DNA from: Patescibacteria group bacterium
GTDB lineage: Bacteria > Patescibacteriota > Minisyncoccia > Phycocordibacterales > UBA9973
Assembly: GCA_040389365.1 (NCBI GenBank)
Contig: JAZKAB010000001.1
Coordinates: forward strand, 1-41,551
Length of the DNA: 41,551 bases
Direction: 5' to 3'
The first letter of the stretch is position 1. Each line of letters opens with the position of its first letter. Of this stretch, positions 1 to 8,366 are shown in pieces. The notes under the pieces were generated by a model. It was not told where the DNA came from. It did no database searches and was given only the letters and a program-made list of their open reading frames with translations. Made by a program: the position numbers and the translations under genes.

Positions 1-32
1 GAGTAATATCTGCCGTAATTTGTAGTATACTA

Positions 33-251
33 GTTGGCTGTCGTATTGAATCTGGCAGCATCACTGACGGCGCAAAGGTGTCAGTGATTCGTCGTGAATT
101 CAACCTGACAACAGGTACTGTTGTTGAACTGCAACAGGCTAAGCAGAAGGTACGCGAAGTAACTGAGGGAGAATGTGGCATTCTTGTTGAATGTAAAAAC
201 GACATTGCTCCTGGTGACATCTTAGAAGCATTTATCTTCGTAACAAAGTAA
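33..251 (+). pseudogene. infB: 3' fragment of a second, diverged translation initiation factor IF-2 gene (domain IV/C2 only)
   Basis: Frame 3 reads VGCRIESGSITDGAKVSVIRREFNLTTGTVVELQQAKQKVREVTEGECGILVECKNDIAPGDILEAFIFVTK*, collinear with the C-terminus of the minus-strand infB. Codons upstream of ~33 (VISAVICSIL) do not match the resident FSKTKERQV. The stop overlaps the rbfA ATG (TAATG). Confidence 0.85.
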
Positions 252-592
252 TGACACAACTAGCAGCAAAACAGTCACCACGTGACCAGAAGATTGAAGA
301 ACAGGTAAAAGAAATGGCTGCTCGTGTTATCGAACGCGAAAGCAACAAGACTGCACTCATCACAGTTAACCGTGTTGAACTCTTCGAGAAAGGTCGTCGC
401 GCTACTATCTACATCACAGTCATGCCAGAAACTGGTGAAGAGTCAGCCTTGAACTTCCTCAAGCGCAAGCGAGCAGACATGCGTGACGAGATCAAGAAGC
501 ATCTCAAGATCCGTACTATTCCTTTCCTAGATGTTGAAATAGACCTCGGGGAAAAGGCTAGTCGACGTATCGACGAACTGTTGAAACAATAG
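251..592 (+). CDS. rbfA: 30S ribosome-binding factor A (copy 2, diverged)
   Basis: 113 aa directly after infB; LITVNRVEL, AxIYITV and IRTIPFL motifs of the RbfA KH fold. Confidence 0.9.
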   Translation: MTQLAAKQSPRDQKIEEQVKEMAARVIERESNKTALITVNRVELFEKGRRATIYITVMPETGEESALNFLKRKRADMRDEIKKHLKIRTIPFLDVEIDLGEKASRRIDELLKQ

Positions 593-616
593 TAAGATAG
601 GGAGACCTGAATTTCA

Positions 617-688
617 GGTCTGGTGGCCAAGTGGTAAGGCGGTTCTCTGCAAAAGAACTATACGCGAGTTCGATTCTCGCCCAGACCT
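617..688 (+). tRNA. tRNA-Cys (GCA)
   Basis: Acceptor stem GGTCTGG/CCAGACC, anticodon loop CTGCAAA, T-loop GTTCGATTC, U discriminator. Confidence 0.95.
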
Positions 689-718
689 CCGTACTGTTTA
701 ACAATACGAATAGTTAAT

Positions 719-801
719 GCCCGAGTGGTGGAATGGTAGACACGAGACACTTAAAATGTCTTCCGCATTTGCGGGTGTGGGTTCGAGTCCCACCCCGGGC
801 A
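719..801 (+). tRNA. tRNA-Leu (TAA)
   Basis: GCCCGAG...CCCGGGCA, D-loop GGAATGGTAGAC, anticodon loop CTTAAAA, long variable arm; one A.C mismatch in the acceptor stem. Confidence 0.9.
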
Positions 802-810
802 CAAGGCTGT

Positions 811-842
811 TGAAATAAAATACCTTTTAGGGTATTATTTCA
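811..842 (+). terminator. AT-rich imperfect hairpin between tRNA genes
   Basis: TGAAATAAAATACC-TTTTAG-GGTATTATTTCA. Confidence 0.4.
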
Positions 843-859
843 CTTGCTGTGTACAAAGT

Positions 860-941
860 GCTGGGATGGTGGAATTGGTATACACGTTAGTCTTAGGAAC
901 TAATGCCGCAAGGCTTGGGAGTTCAAGTCTCCCTCCCAGCA
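860..941 (+). tRNA. tRNA-Leu (TAG)
   Basis: Acceptor GCTGGGA/TCCCAGC, anticodon arm TTAGT-CTTAGGA-ACTAA, variable arm GCCGCAAGGC. Confidence 0.95.
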
Positions 942-959
942 CTTTAGATGCAAGATAAT

Positions 960-1035
960 GCCCTCATAACTCAGTTGGTAGAGTAGCTCCCTCTTAAGGA
1001 GATTGTCGCAGGTTCGAGTCCTGCTGGGGGCACCA
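960..1035 (+). tRNA. tRNA-Lys (CTT), CCA encoded
   Basis: Acceptor GCCCTCA/TGGGGGC, anticodon loop CTCTTAA, T-arm GCAGG-TTCGAGT-CCTGC, ends ACCA. Confidence 0.93.
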
Positions 1036-1037
1036 CA

Positions 1038-1080
1038 TAATGCAAAAGGCGCTAGATTGAATCTAGCGCCTTTTGCATTA
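1038..1080. repeat. 43-bp inverted repeat (21-bp perfect arms); likely bidirectional terminator between convergent tRNA arrays
   Basis: TAATGCAAAAGGCGCTAGATT-G-AATCTAGCGCCTTTTGCATTA. Confidence 0.9.
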
Positions 1081-1087
1081 CTTTATG

Positions 1088-1170
1088 TGCCCGAGGTGGG
1101 ACTCGAACCCACACGCCGGTGAGGGCAGAGAATTTTAAGTCCTCCGTGTCTACCATTCCACCACTCGGGC
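1088..1170 (-). tRNA. tRNA-Leu (TAA)
   Basis: Reverse complement GCCCGAGTGGTGGAATGGTAGACACGGAGGA-CTTAAAA-TTCTC...GGTTCGAGTCCCACCTCGGGCA. Confidence 0.95.
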
Positions 1171-1195
1171 AATGTTCTTTTCATACACGATTGTA

Positions 1196-1270
1196 TGGAG
1201 GTCTGGGCGAGAATCGAACTCGCGTATAGTTCTTTTGCAGAGAACCGCCTTACCACTTGGCCACCAGACC
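1196..1270 (-). tRNA. tRNA-Cys (GCA), CCA encoded
   Basis: Identical in body to 617-688; ends TCCA. Confidence 0.95.
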
Positions 1271-1295
1271 GTACCTGTACGGCTACCCTATAGTA

Positions 1296-1625
1296 CTATT
1301 CTTTCAGCAGCTCGTCGATATGGCGTCGAGCCTTTTCTCCCAGGTCAATTTCAGCATCAAGGAAGGGGATAGTGCGGATGTTGAGCCGATCCTTCACTTC
1401 TTCTCGAATTTCCTTGCGCTTGCGCTTTAGGAAGTTGATCGCTGAATCTTCGCCGCTTTCAGGCAACACCGAGATATAAAGCATGGCCTTGCGGCCGCGC
1501 TCGAAGAGCTCAACGCGAGTGATGGTGATAAGGGCAGTCTTGTTGCTCTCGCGCTCGATAACGCGAGCAGCGATTTCTCGGATCTGATCCTGGATCTTGT
1601 CGGTTCTGCTGCTTTGAATAGTCAT
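1296..1625 (-). CDS. rbfA: 30S ribosome-binding factor A (resident copy)
   Basis: Follows infB; start moved to the ATG at 1625, just after the infB stop; LITITRVEL and IRTIPFL motifs. Confidence 0.9.
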   Translation of the reverse strand: MTIQSSRTDKIQDQIREIAARVIERESNKTALITITRVELFERGRKAMLYISVLPESGEDSAINFLKRKRKEIREEVKDRLNIRTIPFLDAEIDLGEKARRHIDELLKE

Positions 1626-1626
1626 A

Positions 1627-3111
1627 TTATTTAGAGGTGAAGATAAACGCTTCAAGCATGTCGCCAGGAGCGATATCGTTCTTGCATTCTACCAATATGC
1701 CGCATTCGCCGTCGCTTACTTCCTTAACCTTGTGCTTGGCCTGCTGCAGTTCAACGACGGTCCCTGTTGTCAGCATGAAGTCGCGGCGAATCACCGATAC
1801 CTTTGCGCCGTCAGTGATGACGCCTGACTCAATGCGGCAGCCGAGCACCTGGCGCTCTTTGGTCTTTGAAAAGGTCTTCAATACCTTTGCGGTGCCAATC
1901 ACTTATCTCGTCTCAACGCGAGGGCGACGAGCCTCAAGTTCAACCTCAAGCCATTCGGTCAGCTTGTAGATAATGTCGAAGGTCTGAATGGTTGCCTGTA
2001 CCTTTTCTTGAATGTCCTGAGCGCTCTTGTCGAGCTGCACGTTGAATCCTAGGATAATAGTATCCTTGTCGCCCTGGGCCTGCTTGATGTCTGTCTCGCC
2101 AATGTTGCCGATGGCCTTGGTGACAATCTTGATATGCAAGCCCTCGATATTCATCTTCTTGATTTCCTTCTCAACAGCCTCAACGGTGCCGAATACGTCT
2201 GCCTTGATGATAATAGGCACAACCTTTTCGCCAGACTTCGGGCGGTCTTCCTTGCTGTAGTCAGCGGTATGGCCTTCCTTGATATAGTCTTCAGCGTCGC
2301 GCTTCTTGTCGAATACCTTTACCGGTACGCCAACTTCTGGCAGTCGGTCAAAGCCGACAAGCTGCACTGGCGTGCCAGGGTCAGCGTCAGCAATTGTCTT
2401 GCCCAAGAAGTTTTCCATAATGCGGGTTGTGGTAATCGCAGTGCCTGCAACGACAAATTGGCTTTTCTTCAAGGTGCCGTTCTTCACCATCAGCGTTGCG
2501 GTAATGCCGCGCTTTGGGTCAAGGCGAGATTCAATAATGATGCCTTCAGCGTGCGCTGAAGGGTCAGCAGTAAGTTCTTCAAGGTCTGCAACCAATAGGA
2601 TTGTTTCTAAGAGCTCGTCTATGCCTGTGCCTTCCTTTGCAGAAATAGGCACCCAAGAGATGTTGCCGCCATAGCCTTCAACCATAACCTGCTGTTCAGC
2701 AAGCATCTGCTTGGCCTTTTCGATGTTTGCTCCTGGCCGGTCAATCTTGTTTATAGCGACGATAAAGGGAATCTTGGCGTCGCGAATAGTGTTAAGGGCT
2801 TCGATAGTCTGCGCCTTAACGCCGTCTTCAGCTGAGACCATAAGAATGGCAATGTCAGCTGCAACAGCGCCGCGCTCGCGCATGCCGGTAAAGGCAGCGT
2901 GGCCAGGAGTGTCGAGGAAGGTGATGCGGCGATTTTCGCCCTGGTAGGGAATAGTGATGGCATACGCGCTCAAATGCTGCGTAATGCCGCCCGCTTCTCC
3001 AGCCGTAACGTTAGTCTTGCGAATGTAGTCGAGCAGCGTCGATTTGCCATGGTCGATGTGACCCATGACTGCGACTACTGGCGGGCGAGTTGTGGTGTGT
3101 GGTGTGTTCAT
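1627..3111 (-). CDS. infB: Translation initiation factor IF-2 (short form), interrupted by an in-frame TAA at 1903-1905
   Basis: RPPVVAVMGHIDHGKSTLLD, GGITQH, DTPGH, NKID, IIKADVFGTVEA. ORFs 1903-3111 and 1627-1902 are in the same frame, separated only by TAA (…ETR*VIGTAKV…). Confidence 0.93.
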
Positions 3112-3584
3112 AATTCTAGTGGTTGTTTAGCTTCGTTGAGTGCCTGTTGTTCTTCGGCAGTAAGGGCAGTTTCAGGCTTGCCTGCTGCAACCTTCTTGGC
3201 GTAGACGCCAACATGGTTGCGGTTGGTAATAACGGAAAGGATGTAGCCGTCGCCATGCTCGTCGAGCAGGCCAGAAGCGAAGCTTTGCTCGCCGCCCGCA
3301 TCTTCGTAGGCATTGTATCGAACGAGCGAGTAGCCGCGAATGCTGCGCTTTACGCGAGCGTCTATGTATTCCAATCCTTCCTTGTGCGCTTGCAGGGTTT
3401 CTTCCAGTCCAGCGACATTGGCAGCAAGCTCAGACAGCGTCGTTTCGAGGTTGGCGCCGTCTTTGCCGTTCATGAATATGCGAAGCTTCTTTTGTAGCTG
3501 CACTACCAAAAAAGTGAGTATACCGCCACTAATTGCGAGGATAATAACAATCACAAAAGTAATTAGTGGTATACTGTCTCCCAT
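3108..3584 (-). CDS. DUF4446-like membrane-anchored protein
   Basis: N-terminal TM helix, coiled coil, VRYNAYEDAGGEQSFASGLLD motif, LTAEEQQAL end; ATGA overlap with infB. Confidence 0.75.
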   Translation of the reverse strand: MGDSIPLITFVIVIILAISGGILTFLVVQLQKKLRIFMNGKDGANLETTLSELAANVAGLEETLQAHKEGLEYIDARVKRSIRGYSLVRYNAYEDAGGEQSFASGLLDEHGDGYILSVITNRNHVGVYAKKVAAGKPETALTAEEQQALNEAKQPLEL

Positions 3585-3606
3585 AGGCAGGTATTATACT
3601 ATTTTT
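3585..3606. promoter_or_regulatory. Overlapping divergent -10 boxes in a 22-bp intergenic gap
   Basis: TATACT (+, 3595-3600) 6 nt before ATG 3607; TATAAT (-, 3598-3593) 8 nt before ATG 3584. Confidence 0.65.
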
Positions 3607-4815
3607 ATGGGTTTTTTCAAGTCTTTCTCAAAATCAGCAACTTCAGGCACGGACAGTCGAATATACCTCGATTATGCTTCAAGTACGCCATTGGATATGG
3701 AAATGCTCAAATCATTTCCAGCATTGAGCGAAGCAGCGCAAGAAGCCAATCCAAGCGCCCTTCATAAAGAGGGCCTGGAGGCTAAAAAGGCTCTTTCAGA
3801 CGCGCGAGCGCTGGTAGCAGGCACGCTCTTTGCTCATGCCGACGAGATTGTATTCACCAGCAATGCAACCGAATCAGACAATCTTGCATTGCAGGGAGCG
3901 GTCACTGCATTTTTACATAAAGGAATTGCAAAAGAGCAGATCGCGCTTGTGGTATCTGATACGGAGCATGCTGCGGTGTTAGAAACAGCGCAGGCATTTG
4001 GCAAAGACATGGCTGTTATCGTATTACCAACAGAAGAGGGAATACTTGACCCAAAAAGCATTGTTGTTCCCGAAGGAGCACAGGCGATGATTGTATCAGT
4101 GATGCATGTTAACAATGAGATTGGCGTCGTGCAGCCGATCTGTGAGATTGCAAAGCGTATTCGATTTCTGCGAAAGCATCATCCTGATGTCGCAATCATA
4201 TTGCATACTGACGCGACGCAAGCGCCGCTGCATTTTTCTTTAAACGTGCAAAAGCTTGGCATCGATATGATGACGCTTGGGGCTACCAAGCTGTATTGCC
4301 CCAAAGGCGTTGGGTTGCTGTATGTAAAAAGAGGAACAATGCTGGCGCCTGTCATGCATGGCGGAGGTCAGGAATTCGGGCTTCGTCCCGGCACGCAGCC
4401 CGTGCAGCTCATTCACGACTTCGCGCATGCGCTGGCATTCGCGCAGCGGGAACGGGAGGCATATTCTGAAAAGGCTGCTGCAGTACAGCAGGCAGCCGAA
4501 GCTGCAATTATGAAGCTGTTGCCCGATGCTGTTATAACCAGCAAAGACCTGGAGCGAACGCCGCACATAACTCATATCGCCATTAAGGGCTTTGACAGCG
4601 AGCTTTTGGTACTTGAGCTTGATGCTCGTGGCTTCGCAGTTAGTGCCAAAAGCGCCTGCAAAAATGAAGAAGTGAATGAATCCAGCATTGTCGAGCGTAT
4701 ATATGGGAATGGATGGGGGGTAGTACGCTTCTCATTCGGAAGAGATACCGCAAAAAGCGATGCTGAAAAGGCTGTTGCGGCCCTGGCGCGCATTCTGGAA
4801 AAATACGGACAATAA
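3607..4815 (+). CDS. Cysteine desulfurase, IscS/NifS family (class V PLP enzyme)
   Basis: IYLDYASSTP, FTSNATESDN, HVNNEIG, HTDATQA, KLYCPKG, GGGQEFGLRPGT and AVSAKSAC (catalytic Cys); start taken at ATG 3607. Confidence 0.88.
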   Translation: MGFFKSFSKSATSGTDSRIYLDYASSTPLDMEMLKSFPALSEAAQEANPSALHKEGLEAKKALSDARALVAGTLFAHADEIVFTSNATESDNLALQGAVTAFLHKGIAKEQIALVVSDTEHAAVLETAQAFGKDMAVIVLPTEEGILDPKSIVVPEGAQAMIVSVMHVNNEIGVVQPICEIAKRIRFLRKHHPDVAIILHTDATQAPLHFSLNVQKLGIDMMTLGATKLYCPKGVGLLYVKRGTMLAPVMHGGGQEFGLRPGTQPVQLIHDFAHALAFAQREREAYSEKAAAVQQAAEAAIMKLLPDAVITSKDLERTPHITHIAIKGFDSELLVLELDARGFAVSAKSACKNEEVNESSIVERIYGNGWGVVRFSFGRDTAKSDAEKAVAALARILEKYGQ

Positions 4816-4914
4816 TGGTATAGTACGCATATTCTGAAAGACTTTTCCTTTACGGCTGACTGACTGCATCCTGGTGCCCCATCTTAATTTTATAGAATTT
4901 AATTTGAAATTTGT

Positions 4915-7614
4915 ATGCCCCCACTAACTCAATTCACGACGAAAGCGAAGGAGGCAATAAAGCGAGCGCATGAGCTCGCTATTGAGCGTGGTCAGAACAA
5001 TGTGAATACAATGCATCTCCTGGCAGCATTGCTGGTACAGGACGATTCGAACGTGGTGACATTGCTTGATCGGCTAGAGCTCGACACGATGCTCCTTACC
5101 GATGCTGTGCTCGAAGGCATTGAGGCTGCTGACGGCCAGACGACCGTTGCTCCTTCATACCAAATGTTCCTGACAGGAGATTTAGCACAAGCCATCGAAC
5201 ACTCATTGAAGGTCGCTGCAGAAATGAAGGACAACTTCGTTTCGACAGAGCATCTCTTTATTGCGCTTCTTGATATTAAAAACCAGGCTTCGGAGCTGCT
5301 AGATCAGTTTAAGATTGATCGAGCTTCTTTGGTGCACGCGGTTGAAGACTTTAGAACAAACAAGGGCGCCGAGAAGGGCGAGAACAAGAAAATGCGCATG
5401 CTGACAAAGTATACGCGCAGCCTTACCACTATGGCCCGCGAAGACAAGCTTGATCCGGTCATTGGCCGTGACAAGGAAATCATGCGCATCATGCAGATCC
5501 TTTCTCGCCGCACGAAAAACAACCCGATCCTGATCGGCGAAGCCGGCACAGGAAAGACGGCGGTCGTTGAAGGCCTTGCTAACCGCATTGCCAAGGGCGA
5601 CGTGCCTGAGTCATTGAAAGACAAGGATATTGTCTCTCTTGATATTGGCTCATTGCTTGCGGGAACGAAATATCGCGGCGAATTCGAAGAGCGCTTGAAA
5701 AACATCCTGAAGGAAGTTGAACGCATGAACGGCAAGGTTATCCTGTTTATCGACGAGATTCATAATATCGTTGGCGCGGGAGCCGTTGACGGCAATGGCG
5801 ACATGGCGCAGCTCTTGAAGCCGGCGCTCGCTCGCGGCGAAATTCGCGCTATTGGCGCAACGACAATCAAGGAATACCAGAAGCATATTGAAAAGGATCC
5901 AGCGCTTGCGCGCCGCTTCCAGCCGGTATTCGTTGAAGAGCCAAGTCAGGAAGATACTATTGCCATCCTGCGCGGCCTCAAGGAAAAGTATGAGCTGTAC
6001 CACAGCGTGCATATTACCGATGACGCTATTATCTCAGCCGTACAGCTTTCTATCCGCTATATCACTAACCGCTTCCTGCCTGACAAGGCGGTAGACTTGC
6101 TGGATGAGGCATGCTCAGCATTGCGCATGGCACTGGAAAACAAGCCAGTATTGCTTGAAGAGTCGCATCGCAAGATCATGCGCCTAGAAATAGAGCGCGA
6201 GGCATTGCGCAAGGATCTCGACAAGGCAGCAACTGGAAAGGTTGAGGCCAAGAATGCAAAGCTTCGTATCAAGGATATCGAGGCAGAAATTGCCAACGTT
6301 GAAGAGCGTACTAAGGAATTGGAGATGAAGTGGAAGACCGAGAAGACGCTGCTGCAGGAAATCAGCAAGATTAAGAAAGATCTTGAGACGCTTCGCTTCG
6401 AGGCAGAATCTGCTGAAAACCGTGCAGATCTTGGCCGCGCAGCAGAGCTGCGTTATGGGCATATTCCGCTATTAGAAAAGGATCTGGAGGCAAAGATGGG
6501 ACGCTTGAAGAAATTGCAGAAGTCTCGACGCATTCTACGCGAAGACATTACCAGCGAAGATATTGCCGAGGTTGTGTCTCGCTGGACTGGCGTACCTTTG
6601 ATGAAGATGCTGGAAGAAGAGCGCGAAAAGCTCATTCATATGGAAAACGAGCTGCATAAGCGCGTGATCGGCCAGCAGGAGGCAATCGAGAAGATTGCAC
6701 ATGTAGTACGCCGAAATCGCGCTGGCATTGGAGATCCAAATCGCCCAATCGGTTCATTCCTATTCCTTGGCCCAACAGGCGTCGGCAAGACCGAGCTTAC
6801 CAAGACATTGGCCGAACTGATGTTTAATGATGACAAGGCATTGATTCGCGTCGACATGAGCGAATATATGGAGCGGCACAGCGTGTCGAAGCTTATCGGC
6901 TCGCCGCCAGGATACGTTGGCCACGACGAAAGCGGCCAGCTCACCGAAGCAGTGCGACATCGCCCGTATTCAGTTATCCTGTTCGATGAGATTGAAAAGG
7001 CACACCCTGAAGTGTTCAACGTATTGCTGCAGGTATTGGACGATGGTCGCCTGACAGACTCGAAGGGCCGCGTTGCGAACTTCAAGAATACGATCATCAT
7101 TATGACCTCAAACATCGGCTCTCAGTATATTGAGAAGATGGAAAGCATCGGCTTTCATAACAATACTGAAGAGAAGGAGTACGTGCAGACCAAAGACAAG
7201 GTTGAGGGCGCATTGAAAGACCATTTCCGCCCTGAGTTCCTGAACCGCATTGATGAGATCATCGTCTTTGATATCCTGAGCCAGGAGGCGATCAAGCAGA
7301 TTGTTGGCCTTCGAACGGCTTCGGTATTGAAGCGATTGTCTGAGAAGGGGATTACCGTCACTGTCGCCGAAGACGCGCTTTCATACCTGGCGCGCGTCGG
7401 GTATAATCCACACTACGGGGCACGTCCCCTTAACCGCCTGATTCAGAACAAGATTCTGAATCCGATCGCGGAGCGTATTATAGCCCGTACTATTAATGAC
7501 GGCGATACGGTCAGTGTTTCTATGAATGGGGATGACGTAGTCATTGCCGTACAGCAAGTTAAGAAGAAGCGCATTAGTTCTTTGAAGCGCGAACAGGAAG
7601 CGCACGTTTCCTAA
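4915..7614 (+). CDS. clpB: ATP-dependent chaperone ClpB
   Basis: Clp N-domain, GEAGTGKT and GPTGVGKT Walker A motifs, [12 protein letters not shown], long coiled-coil middle domain with AAELRYG. Confidence 0.92.
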   Translation: MPPLTQFTTKAKEAIKRAHELAIERGQNNVNTMHLLAALLVQDDSNVVTLLDRLELDTMLLTDAVLEGIEAADGQTTVAPSYQMFLTGDLAQAIEHSLKVAAEMKDNFVSTEHLFIALLDIKNQASELLDQFKIDRASLVHAVEDFRTNKGAEKGENKKMRMLTKYTRSLTTMAREDKLDPVIGRDKEIMRIMQILSRRTKNNPILIGEAGTGKTAVVEGLANRIAKGDVPESLKDKDIVSLDIGSLLAGTKYRGEFEERLKNILKEVERMNGKVILFIDEIHNIVGAGAVDGNGDMAQLLKPALARGEIRAIGATTIKEYQKHIEKDPALARRFQPVFVEEPSQEDTIAILRGLKEKYELYHSVHITDDAIISAVQLSIRYITNRFLPDKAVDLLDEACSALRMALENKPVLLEESHRKIMRLEIEREALRKDLDKAATGKVEAKNAKLRIKDIEAEIANVEERTKELEMKWKTEKTLLQEISKIKKDLETLRFEAESAENRADLGRAAELRYGHIPLLEKDLEAKMGRLKKLQKSRRILREDITSEDIAEVVSRWTGVPLMKMLEEEREKLIHMENELHKRVIGQQEAIEKIAHVVRRNRAGIGDPNRPIGSFLFLGPTGVGKTELTKTLAELMFNDDKALIRVDMSEYMERHSVSKLIGSPPGYVGHDESGQLTEAVRHRPYSVILFDEIEKAHPEVFNVLLQVLDDGRLTDSKGRVANFKNTIIIMTSNIGSQYIEKMESIGFHNNTEEKEYVQTKDKVEGALKDHFRPEFLNRIDEIIVFDILSQEAIKQIVGLRTASVLKRLSEKGITVTVAEDALSYLARVGYNPHYGARPLNRLIQNKILNPIAERIIARTINDGDTVSVSMNGDDVVIAVQQVKKKRISSLKREQEAHVS

Positions 7615-7683
7615 GCGGTCGCAGTTGTATGGTTTTCATACACGTGATATAACATATCCGCAGCCCATTAGGGCCGCGGACAT

Positions 7684-7766
7684 GCGTCGGTGGTGGAGCG
7701 GTCAATCACGACAGACTGTAAATCTGTTGCCTTCGGGCTACGAAGGTTCAAATCCTTCCCGGCGCA
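7684..7766 (+). tRNA. tRNA-Tyr (GTA)
   Basis: Acceptor GCGTCGG/CCGGCGC, anticodon arm ACAGA-CTGTAAA-TCTGT, variable arm GCCTTCGGGC, T-arm GAAGG-TTCAAAT-CCTTC. Confidence 0.95.
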
Positions 7767-7818
7767 CAAACGAGAAAATCCTGAAACAAATTTGTTTCAG
7801 GATTTTCTCGTTTGTGCG
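7763..7818. repeat. Perfect 56-bp palindrome overlapping the tRNA-Tyr 3' end
   Basis: CGCACAAACGAGAAAATCCTGAAACAAA|TTTGTTTCAGGATTTTCTCGTTTGTGCG. Confidence 0.92.
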
Positions 7819-7855
7819 GGTAAATAAATGACCCTTCGTATGAGGGTCTTAAGGG

Positions 7856-8158
7856 TTAGTTAAAAGATTCAGCCAGTTTAATAAAAGTATCATCCCATTC
7901 ATCAGGAATAGTTATTGCCGTAAAACAGTTACTAAGGATAAGGATCGGATTGTCTTCATTGAGTCTGTATATCTTTTTCTTTTTGTCATTCTGAAGTTCT
8001 ATAATAACCTCACCATCAATACCAGGATTCTCCCAATTTATTCTTTTATTAACAAATTGACTAATAATTGCATTTAAGGTTTGTTCACTCACTAGCGCAT
8101 AGTGCACCTTAACGGTTTCGATATCATATCTCATGTTGAAAAGATTTGTTTCTATCAA
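7856..8158 (-). CDS. AT-rich hypothetical protein, possibly a 5'-truncated remnant
   Basis: 100-aa ORF with a weak TTG start; the frame stays open only ~10 codons further upstream; small hairpin GACCCT/AGGGTC downstream. Confidence 0.4.
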   Translation of the reverse strand: MIETNLFNMRYDIETVKVHYALVSEQTLNAIISQFVNKRINWENPGIDGEVIIELQNDKKKKIYRLNEDNPILILSNCFTAITIPDEWDDTFIKLAESFN

Positions 8159-8243
8159 TCTATAGGGAATTGAATTTTTGTCAATAAATTAGTCATTTTC
8201 CCAGCGTGGGCACATACGGAACTAAATCGCTTTTCATCAACTC

Positions 8244-8274
8244 TGTTCGAACATTTTCTAGTACGCCGCACAAA
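8244..8274 (+). repeat. 31-bp direct repeat, copy A
   Basis: TGTTCGAACATTTTCTAGTACGCCGCACAAA; 28/31 identical to 11863-11893. Confidence 0.85.
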
Positions 8275-8320
8275 AGCAAAATGCCTCACATAATATGTGT
8301 GGCATTTTGCTTTTGTGCGG
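8266..8320. repeat. 55-bp near-perfect inverted repeat
   Basis: CCGCACAAAAGCAAAATGCC-T-CACATA-A-TATGTG-T-GGCATTTTGCTTTTGTGCGG. Confidence 0.88.
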
Positions 8321-8366
8321 AGAAATTCACTACGAGGATGATAAATGTATGGTATTATTTATAGTG

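Noticed and set aside
603-621. AGACCTGAATTTCAGGTCT resembles the palindrome at 40730-40755
   Set aside because: Palindromic symmetry means only about 9 independent bases match, and the contexts differ (tRNA leader versus terminator); treated as coincidence.
1172-1372. 66-aa ORF on + and the 68-aa ORF at 7625-7831
   Set aside because: They overlap tRNA genes (Cys, Tyr) and are spurious translations.
1903-1905. Alternative genetic code as the explanation for the infB stop
   Set aside because: TAA ends many genes here, TGA is used as a stop at 3108-3110, and long ORFs are intact under code 11.
3340-3606. Long N-terminal extensions in the ORF track (desulfurase from 3340, pseudouridine synthase from 25222, 27482, 8295)
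   Set aside because: They overlap other genes or hairpins; downstream ATGs fit the protein motifs and promoter positions better.
4816-4914. Heat-shock operator or riboswitch in the clpB leader
   Set aside because: No CIRCE inverted repeat, CtsR heptad repeat or recognisable riboswitch structure was seen.
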